NCBI GenBank assembly: GCA_049512935.1
Contig: JBEKWR010000002.1
Location: 1-64,000 of the forward strand
Length of the DNA stretch: 64,000 bases
Direction of reading: 5' to 3'
Source: Candidatus Bathyarchaeia archaeon
Lineage (GTDB): Archaea > Thermoproteota > Bathyarchaeia > Bathyarchaeales > Bathycorpusculaceae
Shown here piece after piece: positions 38,870 through 48,276 of the stretch. Position 1 is the stretch's first letter, and every line of letters starts with the position of its first letter. Both the position numbers and the translations under genes were made by a program. The notes beneath the pieces were generated by a model that made no database searches, had not been told where the DNA came from, and saw only the letters and a program-made list of their open reading frames with translations.

Positions 38870-40057
38870 ATGCCGACTAATTTGCCGCCTGAAGCGTTGG
38901 ACAAATGGGAGCTAGTTGAAGCTGCTCATACGCCTAGAGAAAAAATGGATGCCATGATTGAGTTCCTAAAGTATGTTCCACATCACAAAGGCACCATGAA
39001 ACTGCGGGGCGAAATGAACAGGAAAATTTCTCTTATCCGCGCGGATTTAGACAAGAAGAAACGCATGGGCACGGGCAAAAGCAGCGGCGGACCGAAGCTT
39101 TCTGTTGAAAAGGAGGGTTCTGCGCAGATTGCTTTGATCGGCGTGACCAACGTGGGTAAGAGCTGTTTGATGAGTGCCACCACCAACTCGAAAGTGGTAG
39201 TTACGCCGACGCCTTACAGCACTCATGAGCCAGTGCCAGGCATAATGAACTACGCGGATGTGCAGTTCCAGATTGTTGAAGCCCCAGCGGTGATGGAAGG
39301 CAGCGCCGACGGGCGAGCAGCAGGTCACGTTACGCTTGGTTTAGCGCGCAATGCCGACGCCGTGATTCTGATGGTTGACTTGTCCCGTGACCCAATCGAG
39401 CAGTTGGATCTGGTTTTGGCGGAGCTGGAAAAAAGCCGCGTGCTCGTAAGCAAGCCCAGCGGCAAGGTGGTTATTGACCGCCGCCATGCTGGGGCAGCAC
39501 TGAGGGTTATTCTTGTCGGGAAGCTTTTGGATTGCAGCATGCAAGATGTTGAAGATTTGCTTCGCAGCTACAAGATAAACGATGCCACAGTGAGAATCAG
39601 CGGCGACGTGCGGCTTGACGACGTGGAGGACGCCATTTTTGAGACCACGACCTACAAGCCCGCGGTGATTGTTGCGAACAAGCTGGATTTGAAGGGCGCA
39701 GCGGCGAACCTGCGGCTTCTGAAGCAGTACGTGAACGAGCGGTTGCCCGTTGTCGCCATGTCCTGCGAGCAGAAAACTGGGATTGACGAGTTGGGCCGGG
39801 CGCTCCTGGAAAGCTTGCAGGTTGTTCGTGTTTACACAAAGGAGCCTGGGTCGCATAGGCCGACTGGACGCCCGTTCGTGCTTAAGCGCGGCGCCACAGT
39901 TAACGATTTGGCGAAGAATATTCATAAGGAGCTGGTTTGGAACTTTTTGTTTGCGATGGTTTGGGCTAAACGTTTGCCTTTCAGCCCCAAGAAAGTCGGG
40001 TTAGGCTTCGTTTTGGAAGACGGGGACGTAGTGGAAATCCACGCGAAAATAGGTTGA
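38870..40057 (+). CDS. DRG/OBG-family GTPase with TGS domain
   Basis: MPTNLP start, G1 GVTNVGKS, NKLD, RVYTKEP and a C-terminal TGS domain (LEDGDVVEIH). Confidence 0.92.
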   Translation: MPTNLPPEALDKWELVEAAHTPREKMDAMIEFLKYVPHHKGTMKLRGEMNRKISLIRADLDKKKRMGTGKSSGGPKLSVEKEGSAQIALIGVTNVGKSCLMSATTNSKVVVTPTPYSTHEPVPGIMNYADVQFQIVEAPAVMEGSADGRAAGHVTLGLARNADAVILMVDLSRDPIEQLDLVLAELEKSRVLVSKPSGKVVIDRRHAGAALRVILVGKLLDCSMQDVEDLLRSYKINDATVRISGDVRLDDVEDAIFETTTYKPAVIVANKLDLKGAAANLRLLKQYVNERLPVVAMSCEQKTGIDELGRALLESLQVVRVYTKEPGSHRPTGRPFVLKRGATVNDLAKNIHKELVWNFLFAMVWAKRLPFSPKKVGLGFVLEDGDVVEIHAKIG

Positions 40058-40107
40058 TAAAAAGCTAAGTTTTGTGTCGCGTTTGCGACCTTTTTTTAAA
40101 AAAAGGG

Positions 40108-41070
40108 TTATGGTGGGGGCGGTGGAGGCGGCGGTGGCGGAAGCGGCTGCTCAGCCTGTCCTTTCTTTCGGCGTGTTCTCAGAAGCATCAGAACGGCGAG
40201 GACGACTACTATCACGACTACTGCGGAGACTGCGCCGTACGTTACCAGCGAGTTAACGGGGGTTGGGGTTTGTTTTGGCTTTGACGAGGAAGATGGTGAG
40301 TTGTTTGGTGTGGGTGTGGGTGAGCCTGTGTGTGACGTTGGCGGCGGGCTTGTCGAAACGTATTCGACTAGGACGGCGTAGCTTTTGACGTCGTTGGACA
40401 GTGAGGCTGAGTTGTCTGTGGGCGATGCGATGAAGGGCACTTCGCTGTCAGGCGCAAGCGCTGTAGACAAGTAGCCTGTGTAGTTCATTCCTATGACTTT
40501 TTCTGAAGCGTCGTAGAACGTTGTTGCGACCCAGACGTTGTCGGCTGTTAGGCTGCCGTTGTTTATGACGTTTCCTGTGACGGTGTACACGCCACTGTTG
40601 TCAAAGCCGCTCAGGCTGTTTGTTGATAGGTTTTGGTATACTGTTTGGTTTGTGGCGTCGGCTATTGACACTCTGAGGGTAACGTTGGTGACGCTGCTTG
40701 TGTAGCTGTTGTCTTGGGTGACGCTTTGTACGGGGTTGAAGTCGGCGTAGAAGGGAGCTTTATATCCAGGAAGCAAAGGTACCGCTAAAACTGGGTAGTC
40801 GACTTCGTTCAGTACGTTACCTGAGGAGTTTAAGGCCTCGCCATAAATGTAAATTGTGCCAAGGGTCGTCGTTCCAGTGTTCTCGACTTCGCCGACTACG
40901 ACTAAATCGCCGATGTATCCTGCTAGGACGGTGTTTGTGGGCGAAGTGTACCATTTGTAGCTGAGGATGGCGGCGTCTGTTGTTTGTGCTTTCGCGTTCG
41001 GTGCTGATAGGGCGGCAAATGCGCTTATGACTAAAATTACAAGGATTACGGATGCTACTATTTTCTTCAA
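40108..41070 (-). CDS. Secreted membrane-anchored protein with FxLYD-like domains and a polyproline tail
   Basis: Signal peptide; two VVGEVENTG / VTGNVINNG...TFYD domains; TM helix; C-terminal polyproline run. Confidence 0.8.
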   Translation of the reverse strand: MKKIVASVILVILVISAFAALSAPNAKAQTTDAAILSYKWYTSPTNTVLAGYIGDLVVVGEVENTGTTTLGTIYIYGEALNSSGNVLNEVDYPVLAVPLLPGYKAPFYADFNPVQSVTQDNSYTSSVTNVTLRVSIADATNQTVYQNLSTNSLSGFDNSGVYTVTGNVINNGSLTADNVWVATTFYDASEKVIGMNYTGYLSTALAPDSEVPFIASPTDNSASLSNDVKSYAVLVEYVSTSPPPTSHTGSPTPTPNNSPSSSSKPKQTPTPVNSLVTYGAVSAVVVIVVVLAVLMLLRTRRKKGQAEQPLPPPPPPPPPP

Positions 41071-41292
41071 TTTATCCTCACTCGAAATAAATATTTCCCT
41101 TTAGAACCATCATAGTCAAGTAAACAGTTATTAAACTTTTTCAAAATTAACCCCAAATTTTACCCGTTCCCCGCTCGTGCAGCGGAGCCCGTGTTGGGGC
41201 TGCTTGTTTCTCAGCGGCGCTTTTTGTGGTGATTTTTGGTCACACGCGCGCGCTTTTCACAAAAAGACTCCAAAATAATCCTTAAAGAACAC

Positions 41293-41490
41293 CTAAAAAG
41301 GAGAGGGCGAAAAAAGCTTGGCTTTATCTGAATGCGGAAGCATCACGGCTCCTGTACCCGAAGGGGGTATTTGCATGCTGTGTGCTACTGCTAGAGCTAG
41401 TGCCCATGTCGTGTCGTCGTGGCTGTTTTGTGGGTGGCTGAACATTAGGTGTCTGTTTTTGGTGTAGGTGTATTGTTGCTCGTTTAGCTG
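41293..41490 (-). pseudogene. Terminase large subunit C-terminal remnant (copy C)
   Basis: QLNEQQYTYTKNRHLMFSHPQNSHDDTTWALALAVAHSMQIPPSGTGAVMLPHSDK...; colinear with 2583-2780. Confidence 0.72.
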
Positions 41491-41567
41491 TTAGCAACGC
41501 TCTCAATCGTCGAAGACTTGGATGCCAACAACGTTTTATATACGGACATTGTATATACATTTCTCGT

Positions 41568-41792
41568 ATGTCAGAAGTAATTACTGTTAGAGTCAAAAAG
41601 ACACTGAAAGAAAAAATACGAAAACACAGAATAAACGTCAGCAAAACCGTCAGAGAAGCTCTCGAAGATGAAGTCAAGAAGCGGGAAAACGCTGAACTAT
41701 CCCAAGCCATAACTCAAATGAAAGCTGTCTTACAAAAGATCCCAGATGACGAAATCGTGAAAGCCATAAGGGAATCAAGAGACCAACGATGA
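41568..41792 (+). CDS. vapB: RHH/CcdA-like antitoxin
   Basis: VITVRV...LKE.....INVS..VR.ALE; ends IVKAIRESRDQR with an ATGA overlap onto the toxin. Confidence 0.88.
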   Translation: MSEVITVRVKKTLKEKIRKHRINVSKTVREALEDEVKKRENAELSQAITQMKAVLQKIPDDEIVKAIRESRDQR

Positions 41793-42295
41793 AACACTGT
41801 CTGATTGATGCAAGCGCATTCATGCTTTTAATCAAAAAAGCCGACCCCAAAAGCACGATCAAATTCCTCCAAGACTCCAGCATTCTCGATTTAACCTACT
41901 ACGAGGTCGGGAACGCGGTTTGGAAAGAAAGCGTTCTTACAAAGCTGCTAACGCCAGACGCCGCGAAAACCCTACAGAGAACGGCTGAAACCGTTCTGGC
42001 AAAAATCGACCGAATAAGCGGCGAGGCAGATAGCTTCGAAAAAATCATGGAAATAGCCCAACTTGAGAAACTCACTTTTTACGATTCAAGCTACATTCAT
42101 TTCGCCAAAGAAAAAGGGCTCCAACTCATAACCGAAGACAAAGAACTCAAAACAAAAGCTCAAAAATACGTCAAAGCCCAAACCGTGACAACAGCCATTT
42201 TAGGAAAATCGTTCGGCACAGACAGAGAACGCATTAAACCCTTCACGGAAACAGACCGCGGCGAAGACTGCAACGAGTGGAAAAAAGGGTCTTAG
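41789..42295 (+). CDS. vapC: PIN-domain toxin with C-terminal extension
   Basis: LIDASA, YEVGNA.WK, TFYDSSY, LITED..L, plus an extra ~35-aa tail. Confidence 0.9.
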   Translation: MKHCLIDASAFMLLIKKADPKSTIKFLQDSSILDLTYYEVGNAVWKESVLTKLLTPDAAKTLQRTAETVLAKIDRISGEADSFEKIMEIAQLEKLTFYDSSYIHFAKEKGLQLITEDKELKTKAQKYVKAQTVTTAILGKSFGTDRERIKPFTETDRGEDCNEWKKGS

Positions 42296-42382
42296 CCTTT
42301 TCTGAATGGGGAAGCGTCACGGCTCCGTCTCCTGAACAGGGTGCTTGCATGCTGCGGGAACACTGCTGAAGCCATAGCTAAT
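42278..42382 (-). pseudogene. Degraded terminase-tail remnant (copy D)
   Basis: ggaaaaaagggtcttagccttttctgaatggggaagcgtcacggctcc...ttgcatgctg aligns with 2596-2670 and 41307-41380. Confidence 0.65.
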
Positions 42383-42470
42383 CTCAAAAGTCGCTATCCC
42401 CAAGAGCCTTGCCTTCCAAAGTGGAAAACCAAAACCCAAGCAAACCGAGCATGCCCTGGGAAACCGCCGC

Positions 42471-42645
42471 GCCCATAACCGACAATAACCTCAACATGCA
42501 GTCAACATTGAAAGTCGCATTCCGCCCATCCCAAAGTCGCAACACGCAAACACCTCCAAACCCCAACCCAAAAAAACAACCCAAAACACAAAGCGCCACG
42601 GCGGAAAGTCGCAACTTTCCCGTAGCAAAAGTCGCAACTTAAATT
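42471..42645 (+). repeat. Dispersed repeat copy C
   Basis: Matches 3927-4099; AAAGTCGCA at 42511, 42533, 42605 and 42628. Confidence 0.9.
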
Positions 42646-42987
42646 TTTTCAGGAAAAAACAAACCAAAAAATCAGAAAACCGAAATCCACTCATAAGAAA
42701 AACCAAAAAACAAACCCGAAAAACCAGACGACAGATTCGCGTTAGATGGACGACAACAGAAAAATTTTTATGCTCTCACACCCATTTTTTGGTAGGGAGT
42801 GGCGAAGCAATAGTCAAATCCGACGATTTGGCTCCGCCGCGGGCAAATATGCAGCCCTCTTCCTTTCCAAATTCTCGAGAACCTGCTTTCCCAAAGTCAA
42901 AGCATCGGCAACAACAAAGGGAATTTAGTCGAGGGATTAGAAATAGACAATCAACATTCTGTACAAGAACTTTCTGAACTTCAAAAA

Positions 42988-44484
42988 GTGAAGTTGAAAC
43001 TTGAGGAAAACGCAGAAAAATACAGGTATCTCGTCAAGTATGCCCCAGTAGGAATCTGTGAGCTTAATCTTTCACCGCTAAAGTTTGAAAGCGTCAACGA
43101 TTCAGCATGCCAAGCGTTGGGTTACAGCGAGCAAGAACTGCTTGTCATGAACCCGTTTGACCTTCTCTACGGCCCAAGCAAAAAACGCTTCGAAGGGCGA
43201 ATTGCAAAAGTTTTGAAGGGCAAAAGAATCGATGAGCCAGTTGAGTATCATGTTAAGACAAAAGATGGCAGGGGAATTTGGGCTTTCTTCAACTTCAAAT
43301 TCACTTACAAAAATGGGAAACCAGAGAACGGCCTGGCAATTGCACAGAACATTACAGCCCGCAAAAGAACAGAGCAGCAACTTGTCCTGTCAGAAATGAG
43401 ATTCCGAAGGCTCTTTGAGACAACCCGCGATGGAATCATGGCTCGAGACCTGAAAGGGCGAATGATCAACTGTAATTCAGCCTACGCCGAGATGCTCGGT
43501 TACACCAGAAAAGAGTTGAGAAACCTCACGGTTCACCAGCTACTGCCCCCAGAGTGGCATGAGCAAAGGGAAAGAGTCGTCGGCAAAGTGCTACAGACTG
43601 GGCACTCCATAGTTTTCGAAAGGGAATACAAACGCAAAGACGGCTCAGTTTTTCCAGCGTCAGTCCGAACTTGGCGTTTGACCGACGGAAAAGGAAAAGT
43701 GATCGGAATATGGTCCATTGTGCGAGACATCAGCCAGCAGAAGGCACTCCAGAAGAACCTTGAAGAACAAGCTGAGAATCTGGAGCGGCTTGTTGAAAAG
43801 AGAACAAAGCAGCTTAAGGATTCGGAGCGTTTAGCAGCTATCGGCCAAACCGCGGGCATGGTGGGGCATGACCTGCGCAATCCCCTGCAAACAGTCATCG
43901 GCGAGTTGTATCTTGCAAAAGCTGAGGTTGATTCGCTGCCTCAAAACGAGATTAAATGCAATTTGCTTGAGAGCATTCATGTGCTAGAAGAGCAAGCCGT
44001 CTACATGGACAAGATTGTCTCCGACTTGCAAGCCTTCGTGCGACCCGTCAAAATAGTAAAAAACTCAGTTATCCTCAAAGAAGCCGTTAATGACGTTCTC
44101 GCGTCAATCGCTATCCCAGATAACATCGCGGTGCAGATGCAAATTAAAGATAATTTAGCCATTAAAGCCGACCCTCAACTTCTAAAACGGGTTCTCATCA
44201 ACCTGGTGACAAACTCGGTGCAAGCCATGCCGAAGGGCGGAAAACTCTTCATCAAGTCGCAGGTTAACCGTGACGGCTACGTTTCAATCTCCGTGGAAGA
44301 CACAGGCGTGGGGATACCTGAAAAGATTAAACCTAAAATTTTCACTCCACTTTTCACCACCAAACCGAGAGGCCAAGGCTTCGGCTTAGCCGTCTGCAAA
44401 CGGGTGATTGAAGCGCACGGCGGCACCATCAGTTTCGAAAGCCAAGAGGGCAAAGGCGCAAAATTCACGATTCAGTTTCCTTGA
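42988..44484 (+). CDS. PAS-PAS sensor histidine kinase
   Basis: Two PAS/PAC domains, H-box GHDLRNPL, N-box NLVTNSVQA, DTGVG, FTTK, G.GL. The frame is open back to 42814, so the start may be earlier. Confidence 0.95.
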   Translation: MKLKLEENAEKYRYLVKYAPVGICELNLSPLKFESVNDSACQALGYSEQELLVMNPFDLLYGPSKKRFEGRIAKVLKGKRIDEPVEYHVKTKDGRGIWAFFNFKFTYKNGKPENGLAIAQNITARKRTEQQLVLSEMRFRRLFETTRDGIMARDLKGRMINCNSAYAEMLGYTRKELRNLTVHQLLPPEWHEQRERVVGKVLQTGHSIVFEREYKRKDGSVFPASVRTWRLTDGKGKVIGIWSIVRDISQQKALQKNLEEQAENLERLVEKRTKQLKDSERLAAIGQTAGMVGHDLRNPLQTVIGELYLAKAEVDSLPQNEIKCNLLESIHVLEEQAVYMDKIVSDLQAFVRPVKIVKNSVILKEAVNDVLASIAIPDNIAVQMQIKDNLAIKADPQLLKRVLINLVTNSVQAMPKGGKLFIKSQVNRDGYVSISVEDTGVGIPEKIKPKIFTPLFTTKPRGQGFGLAVCKRVIEAHGGTISFESQEGKGAKFTIQFP

Positions 44485-44486
44485 AG

Positions 44487-44783
44487 TTAAGGCTCAACCA
44501 TTTCTTTCTGCTGTTCGGTGCCTCTGAGCCGTTGCCTCAGCGTGTAGGCGAAGGCGATGAACCAGAAGCCGACGCTTACCCACCCCAGTATGAACCCGAC
44601 GATGTTGCCTAAGATGTAGTAGGCGATTTGGAAGCCCACGAGGGAGACAAACGTTAGGAATGAGCCGGTGATGCTGTAGCCTCGAAGGGCATTTCTGTTT
44701 CTTATGACGGCGCGGAGCATGAGCAGTAGGGCTGTGAAGTTGATGACGCTGGCGATGCTTAACACTAAATTTGCGGTGTTCAT
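44487..44783 (-). CDS. Small three-TM membrane protein
   Basis: 98-aa hydrophobic ORF. Confidence 0.7.
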   Translation of the reverse strand: MNTANLVLSIASVINFTALLLMLRAVIRNRNALRGYSITGSFLTFVSLVGFQIAYYILGNIVGFILGWVSVGFWFIAFAYTLRQRLRGTEQQKEMVEP

Positions 44784-44917
44784 TTTCCCTCAATTTTCTC
44801 ACTGCCACAACGGCTTTGCTCAACTTAAGACTTGCGTCGCTCAAGTGAGCCGTGGCAAGTAAGATGGTTTAAATTCCATAGTAGCTATTAGCATAGGTGA
44901 CTGAGAAGGGGAAGAGG

Positions 44918-45067
44918 ATGGAACACAAAAAAATGATTTCGGGCGACTGCGTCGGGTGTGCAATGGAGCAGCCATGCGTCAGAACTTACCGAAGGGTTTC
45001 TTTCGGAGAAAAAGTCTACTGCCCAGACGGGACAATGCACCTTGTCGACGAAGCAAGTCTCGCATAG
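44918..45067 (+). CDS. 49-aa Cys/His-rich microprotein
   Basis: MEHKKMISGDCVGCAMEQPCVRTYRRVSFGEKVYCPDGTMHLVDEASLA*; purine-rich ribosome-binding site and upstream TTTAAA. Confidence 0.6.
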   Translation: MEHKKMISGDCVGCAMEQPCVRTYRRVSFGEKVYCPDGTMHLVDEASLA

Positions 45068-45315
45068 GCTGGTTCAAAAGGGAATAAAGCTCGTTTTTTG
45101 AGCGTTTTTTGTTGGTATTTGTGGTTGTTTTTGGTTGTAAATACTAGGGTAGGTCTACGGGAAGGGGCGTTTCCAATAGGGCTTGGATCATTTGCTGTTC
45201 GTTGAATGGACGCTGGAAAACGTTTTCTTTCCCTGCAGTTTCCAGATTTTTCGGTGGGTTTCTCTGGGAAATTCAGGTATCAATGGATTTATACCTGATC
45301 GGCATCCCTTAACCT

Positions 45316-45648
45316 ATGCGCATCATCGAAAAATACGCGCTGCCTACGCAAACCCGCCTGCTCATCGTAGCGCTGGATAACCCGACCAGGCAAGCCATCC
45401 TCGTCCTGCTCAGCCAATGCCCCGACTTCTCCTTCACCGAAATCCAAAAGACCCTTGGCTTGGAAAAACACGCCCTCACCTTCCACCTCAAAAAACTCTT
45501 CGCCGCCGCCTTGATCGCCCGCCGCCTCGAAGCAGGCACCCACAAATACTCATACTACACCGTAACGCCGCTTGGAAGCCGAATCCTCGCCAGCCTCAGC
45601 AACCCGCCAACGCAGCCAGCACCTAAGAGCACTAAAAATCCGAAGTGA
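45316..45648 (+). CDS. ArsR-like winged-helix regulator
   Basis: ALDNPTRQAIL..L, SFTEI, LTFHLKKL, Y..T..G motifs. Confidence 0.8.
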   Translation: MRIIEKYALPTQTRLLIVALDNPTRQAILVLLSQCPDFSFTEIQKTLGLEKHALTFHLKKLFAAALIARRLEAGTHKYSYYTVTPLGSRILASLSNPPTQPAPKSTKNPK

Positions 45649-45792
45649 AGCCAACAACGAAAAATCTCGACTTGATAGGCGTTATTTGAACCTAGACGGC
45701 CTTTCAACCATCTTAGCAATTGCTCCATCGCTTAAAAAAGCAAAACCCATCTTTTGAGGGGGTTACCAAGTTTCGAGCGTTAATCCTCAATT

Positions 45793-46062
45793 TTAGATAA
45801 GTTTTGAGAAGTCATCGTATACTTTCTTTCTGTGACCGACAAAAAGTACGGTTACTTCGCTTCGGTTTGGATCAATTTCATAGATAGCTCGGTAGTCACC
45901 CGACCTTATGCACCAGTAATCTGAAGGGTGTAGCGGTTTTCCCGCTTTGAACGGGTCCTCTGCGAGTTCTCCAAGCGCCTTTTTTAACCTCGCTTGATTT
46001 GCTAGGTCTATCTTCCTTAATTCTTTAGCAGCGTTCGGATGTAGCAAAACCTTGAAAACCAA
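45793..46062 (-). CDS. relE: RelE/ParE-family toxin
   Basis: A.KEL.K, IRSGDYRAIY.I, VGHRKKVY motifs. Confidence 0.92.
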   Translation of the reverse strand: MVFKVLLHPNAAKELRKIDLANQARLKKALGELAEDPFKAGKPLHPSDYWCIRSGDYRAIYEIDPNRSEVTVLFVGHRKKVYDDFSKLI

Positions 46063-46066
46063 AAAC

Positions 46067-46285
46067 CTAAGCTTCCTCTAACGGAACCAACTTTTCTGGA
46101 TGTTTCTTTGCTTCTTCGCTGCGCTTATTTAGAAGCTCATAGAACTTGCGGGTTTTCTCGCGTTCTTCGTAGAGGCTTATTATCGTCTTTATGGCGTCGC
46201 TTCGGCTTTTAAATCGTCCCTCAGCTACCCAACTGTCGATTTCAGCAATCATTTCTTGAGGCAGTCTTAACTGAACTTGAGCCAT
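46067..46285 (-). CDS. Ribbon-helix-helix antitoxin
   Basis: VQLRLP......ID..V..G.F.SRSDAI; directly upstream of relE. Confidence 0.9.
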   Translation of the reverse strand: MAQVQLRLPQEMIAEIDSWVAEGRFKSRSDAIKTIISLYEEREKTRKFYELLNKRSEEAKKHPEKLVPLEEA

Positions 46286-46295
46286 TAAGGGTCAC

Positions 46296-46315
46296 TGTAA
46301 ACAATAGTGTTTACA
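46296..46315. promoter_or_regulatory. Inverted repeat, likely operator of the RHH-RelE operon
   Basis: tgtaaaca-atag-tgtttaca between the putative TATA box and the start codon. Confidence 0.6.
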
Positions 46316-46394
46316 AATCCACTTAAAGCTTTGCCCAATACAGCCAATACAGCCCTAAGATGAAAATTAACAGCCGAGCTCTACTACAATCTTA

Positions 46395-47090
46395 TTATTT
46401 CGCACGAATAGACGCCCCACACTGCTTGCAGAATGAGGCTTGTGCCTTGTTCTTTGTTCCGCAACGGCTGCAAGTCAACTCTGAAGAAGGAACATTCACC
46501 GTTTCTTCACCAAGTCTTTTGCCGCAGTTCTGGCAGTAGACCGCGTCGATATCGTTGCTGGCGCCGCAAGCCTCGCAGAGAGACGCCGCCTGGTTTTCGC
46601 CGTAAAGCGCGGTCCATTTGCCGGCTATCCAAAGCTTATCTTTCAAGCCCTCCACCGTCGGAATTATCTCGATTAACTGGTCAAACTGCTCTCCATTGGG
46701 AGCAAATTTCGATTCACAATCTTGGCTCAGTATCACAAACTTCGGCGTTTTTCCCCAAACCAACTCGACCTTTTCGATTTCCTCGACTGTATAGAAACAG
46801 CTTTTCTTGCTCAGCTTCAACAGGTCGTCTAAAGAAAGGTCTTTTATTTTTTCATCAATCGATTCCCTGTTCTCCGTCTTTTCCGTGTATTGCGCCACGG
46901 GAGCAGGCACCCCAAACGCTGAAGGCATATAAGAAAGCGTCTCTTCGGTCTCCGACTCAAAACGTTCCGCCCTACCCAAGCAAACAATCCCAACACGCCT
47001 ATCAGTAAAATAAACATCATACCTGGTGCGAACATCAACAGGCAAAACGACATCTTTAACGATTCCCAACAACCTTTCAGAAGTTGACAT
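46395..47090 (-). CDS. Double zinc-ribbon domain protein
   Basis: CEACG...YCQNCG and CSRCG...FCKQCG at the C-terminus. Confidence 0.85.
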   Translation of the reverse strand: MSTSERLLGIVKDVVLPVDVRTRYDVYFTDRRVGIVCLGRAERFESETEETLSYMPSAFGVPAPVAQYTEKTENRESIDEKIKDLSLDDLLKLSKKSCFYTVEEIEKVELVWGKTPKFVILSQDCESKFAPNGEQFDQLIEIIPTVEGLKDKLWIAGKWTALYGENQAASLCEACGASNDIDAVYCQNCGKRLGEETVNVPSSELTCSRCGTKNKAQASFCKQCGASIRAK

Positions 47091-47180
47091 GTATTGAGTT
47101 CCTCATCAGATGGTTCTTGTTTTCGCTGATTCATAAGGTTTCTTGTAGGTTATGCTCGCGCGCCTAGTTGGGAGACAAAC

Positions 47181-47231
47181 TGGTGGGACGGGGGGGGATT
47201 TGAACCTATGATCGCATGCGCTCCAAGCGTG
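47181..47231 (-). pseudogene. Decayed tRNA 3' half (att-like remnant)
   Basis: Minus strand: cacgc-ttggagc-gcatg stem-loop, ggttcaaatcc T-loop, ends cccacca; no 5' half. Confidence 0.7.
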
Positions 47232-47624
47232 TTACCATGATTCTATTTGCAAGCCCTTTATTCTCTTAAAGTGAACCTGATTACGGGTAACCAGCGTCAA
47301 ACCGTTCTCAACGGCTATTGCAGCTATCATGGCGTCTCTGAAGTCTATTGTTTCCCCTTTGGCCGCCAGTGTCGCAGATATTTCAGCCGCTTTCCTTGAG
47401 GATGCAAAATCTAAAGGAAAAACGGTTAGCCTCTCAAGCAGCTTTGAGGTCTCCTTCAAGTTTTCCTGTTTTCTTTCTGACTTGTTAGCGCCAAAGAAGA
47501 GTTCAAAGGCATTAACCGAAGTAGTTGCGCCCCTGTCTTCTTCATCTATTTTGTCGACTTTTTTCTTTGCCTCTTCTTTGCCGCGTAAGATGGCGATGAG
47601 GATGTCAGTGTCCAGACATTTCAT
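47232..47624 (-). CDS. vapC: PIN-domain toxin
   Basis: LDTDILI, FEL..G, DAMIAA.A, LVTRN..HF.RI.GL motifs. Confidence 0.93.
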   Translation of the reverse strand: MKCLDTDILIAILRGKEEAKKKVDKIDEEDRGATTSVNAFELFFGANKSERKQENLKETSKLLERLTVFPLDFASSRKAAEISATLAAKGETIDFRDAMIAAIAVENGLTLVTRNQVHFKRIKGLQIESW

Positions 47625-47844
47625 TGCAAATTCTCTCTTGAGCAGTTTGCCATCCTTTGGCGAGCTCAGCTTTGATGACTTTTTCTTCTTCGTCTGTCAT
47701 TTTCCAGGTTCCGAAGCAATCTGAGATTTTGCCTGACTTCTTGGTTATACGCAGAATGATGTCCGTGAAGCTTTCCTTGCCCGTTTTTTCGCGGCGTAGT
47801 GCTTCGTATGCCTCGTCTTTTATTGAAATGGTTTTTGTGCCCAT
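47605..47844 (-). CDS. vapB: VapB-family antitoxin
   Basis: MGTKTISIKDEAYEAL...K...ESFTD.I.R motif. Confidence 0.9.
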   Translation of the reverse strand: MGTKTISIKDEAYEALRREKTGKESFTDIILRITKKSGKISDCFGTWKMTDEEEKVIKAELAKGWQTAQERICNEMSGH

Positions 47845-47853
47845 AAATATGTA

Positions 47854-47869
47854 TGTGTACATGTACACA
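47854..47869. promoter_or_regulatory. Perfect 16-bp palindrome, likely TA operator
   Basis: tgtgtacatgtacaca about 10 bp upstream of vapB. Confidence 0.65.
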
Positions 47870-48035
47870 GATAAACATTGCTCACTTATGATGTGGCAAA
47901 ATAGGGGTGTCTGAATGTTTATGGCGGCGACGTTGGAGTTTGCACCCCGCGGTCTTGGCTTTATCCTATTTTGCTTTTTTGGTAGGAAAATCTTTTAGGG
48001 TAGGATAGTTTTATTCTTAACGAGGAGCAAAAAGC

Positions 48036-48275
48036 ATGCAAACGTTGGATGTCAGTATTGTGAAAGTCACGCGAAGAGGACAGACGACGATTCCTTTGGA
48101 AATCAGGCAAAAATGCGGAATCAAAGAAGGCGACCGCCTGCTCGTCGAACTTACAGACAAAGGGGTACTGTTCAAGCCTATACCGAAACTGCTGGATATG
48201 GCTGGGTTCATGGCTGGACACGGGACGCCTGAGGAAATAAAGAAGGAAATCGACAAGCTTAGAGAAGAGTACTAA
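48036..48275 (+). CDS. AbrB/MazE-family antitoxin
   Basis: VKVTRRGQTTIP.EIR...GIKEGD motif. Confidence 0.92.
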   Translation: MQTLDVSIVKVTRRGQTTIPLEIRQKCGIKEGDRLLVELTDKGVLFKPIPKLLDMAGFMAGHGTPEEIKKEIDKLREEY

Positions 48276-48276
48276 C

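Noticed and set aside
42746-42977. Short ORFs upstream of the histidine kinase
   Set aside because: No recognisable motifs; they may be non-coding or a degraded N-terminal extension of the kinase.
47181-47231. Functional split-tRNA 3' half
   Set aside because: The T stem is mismatched and no complementary leader was seen; a decayed att scar fits better.
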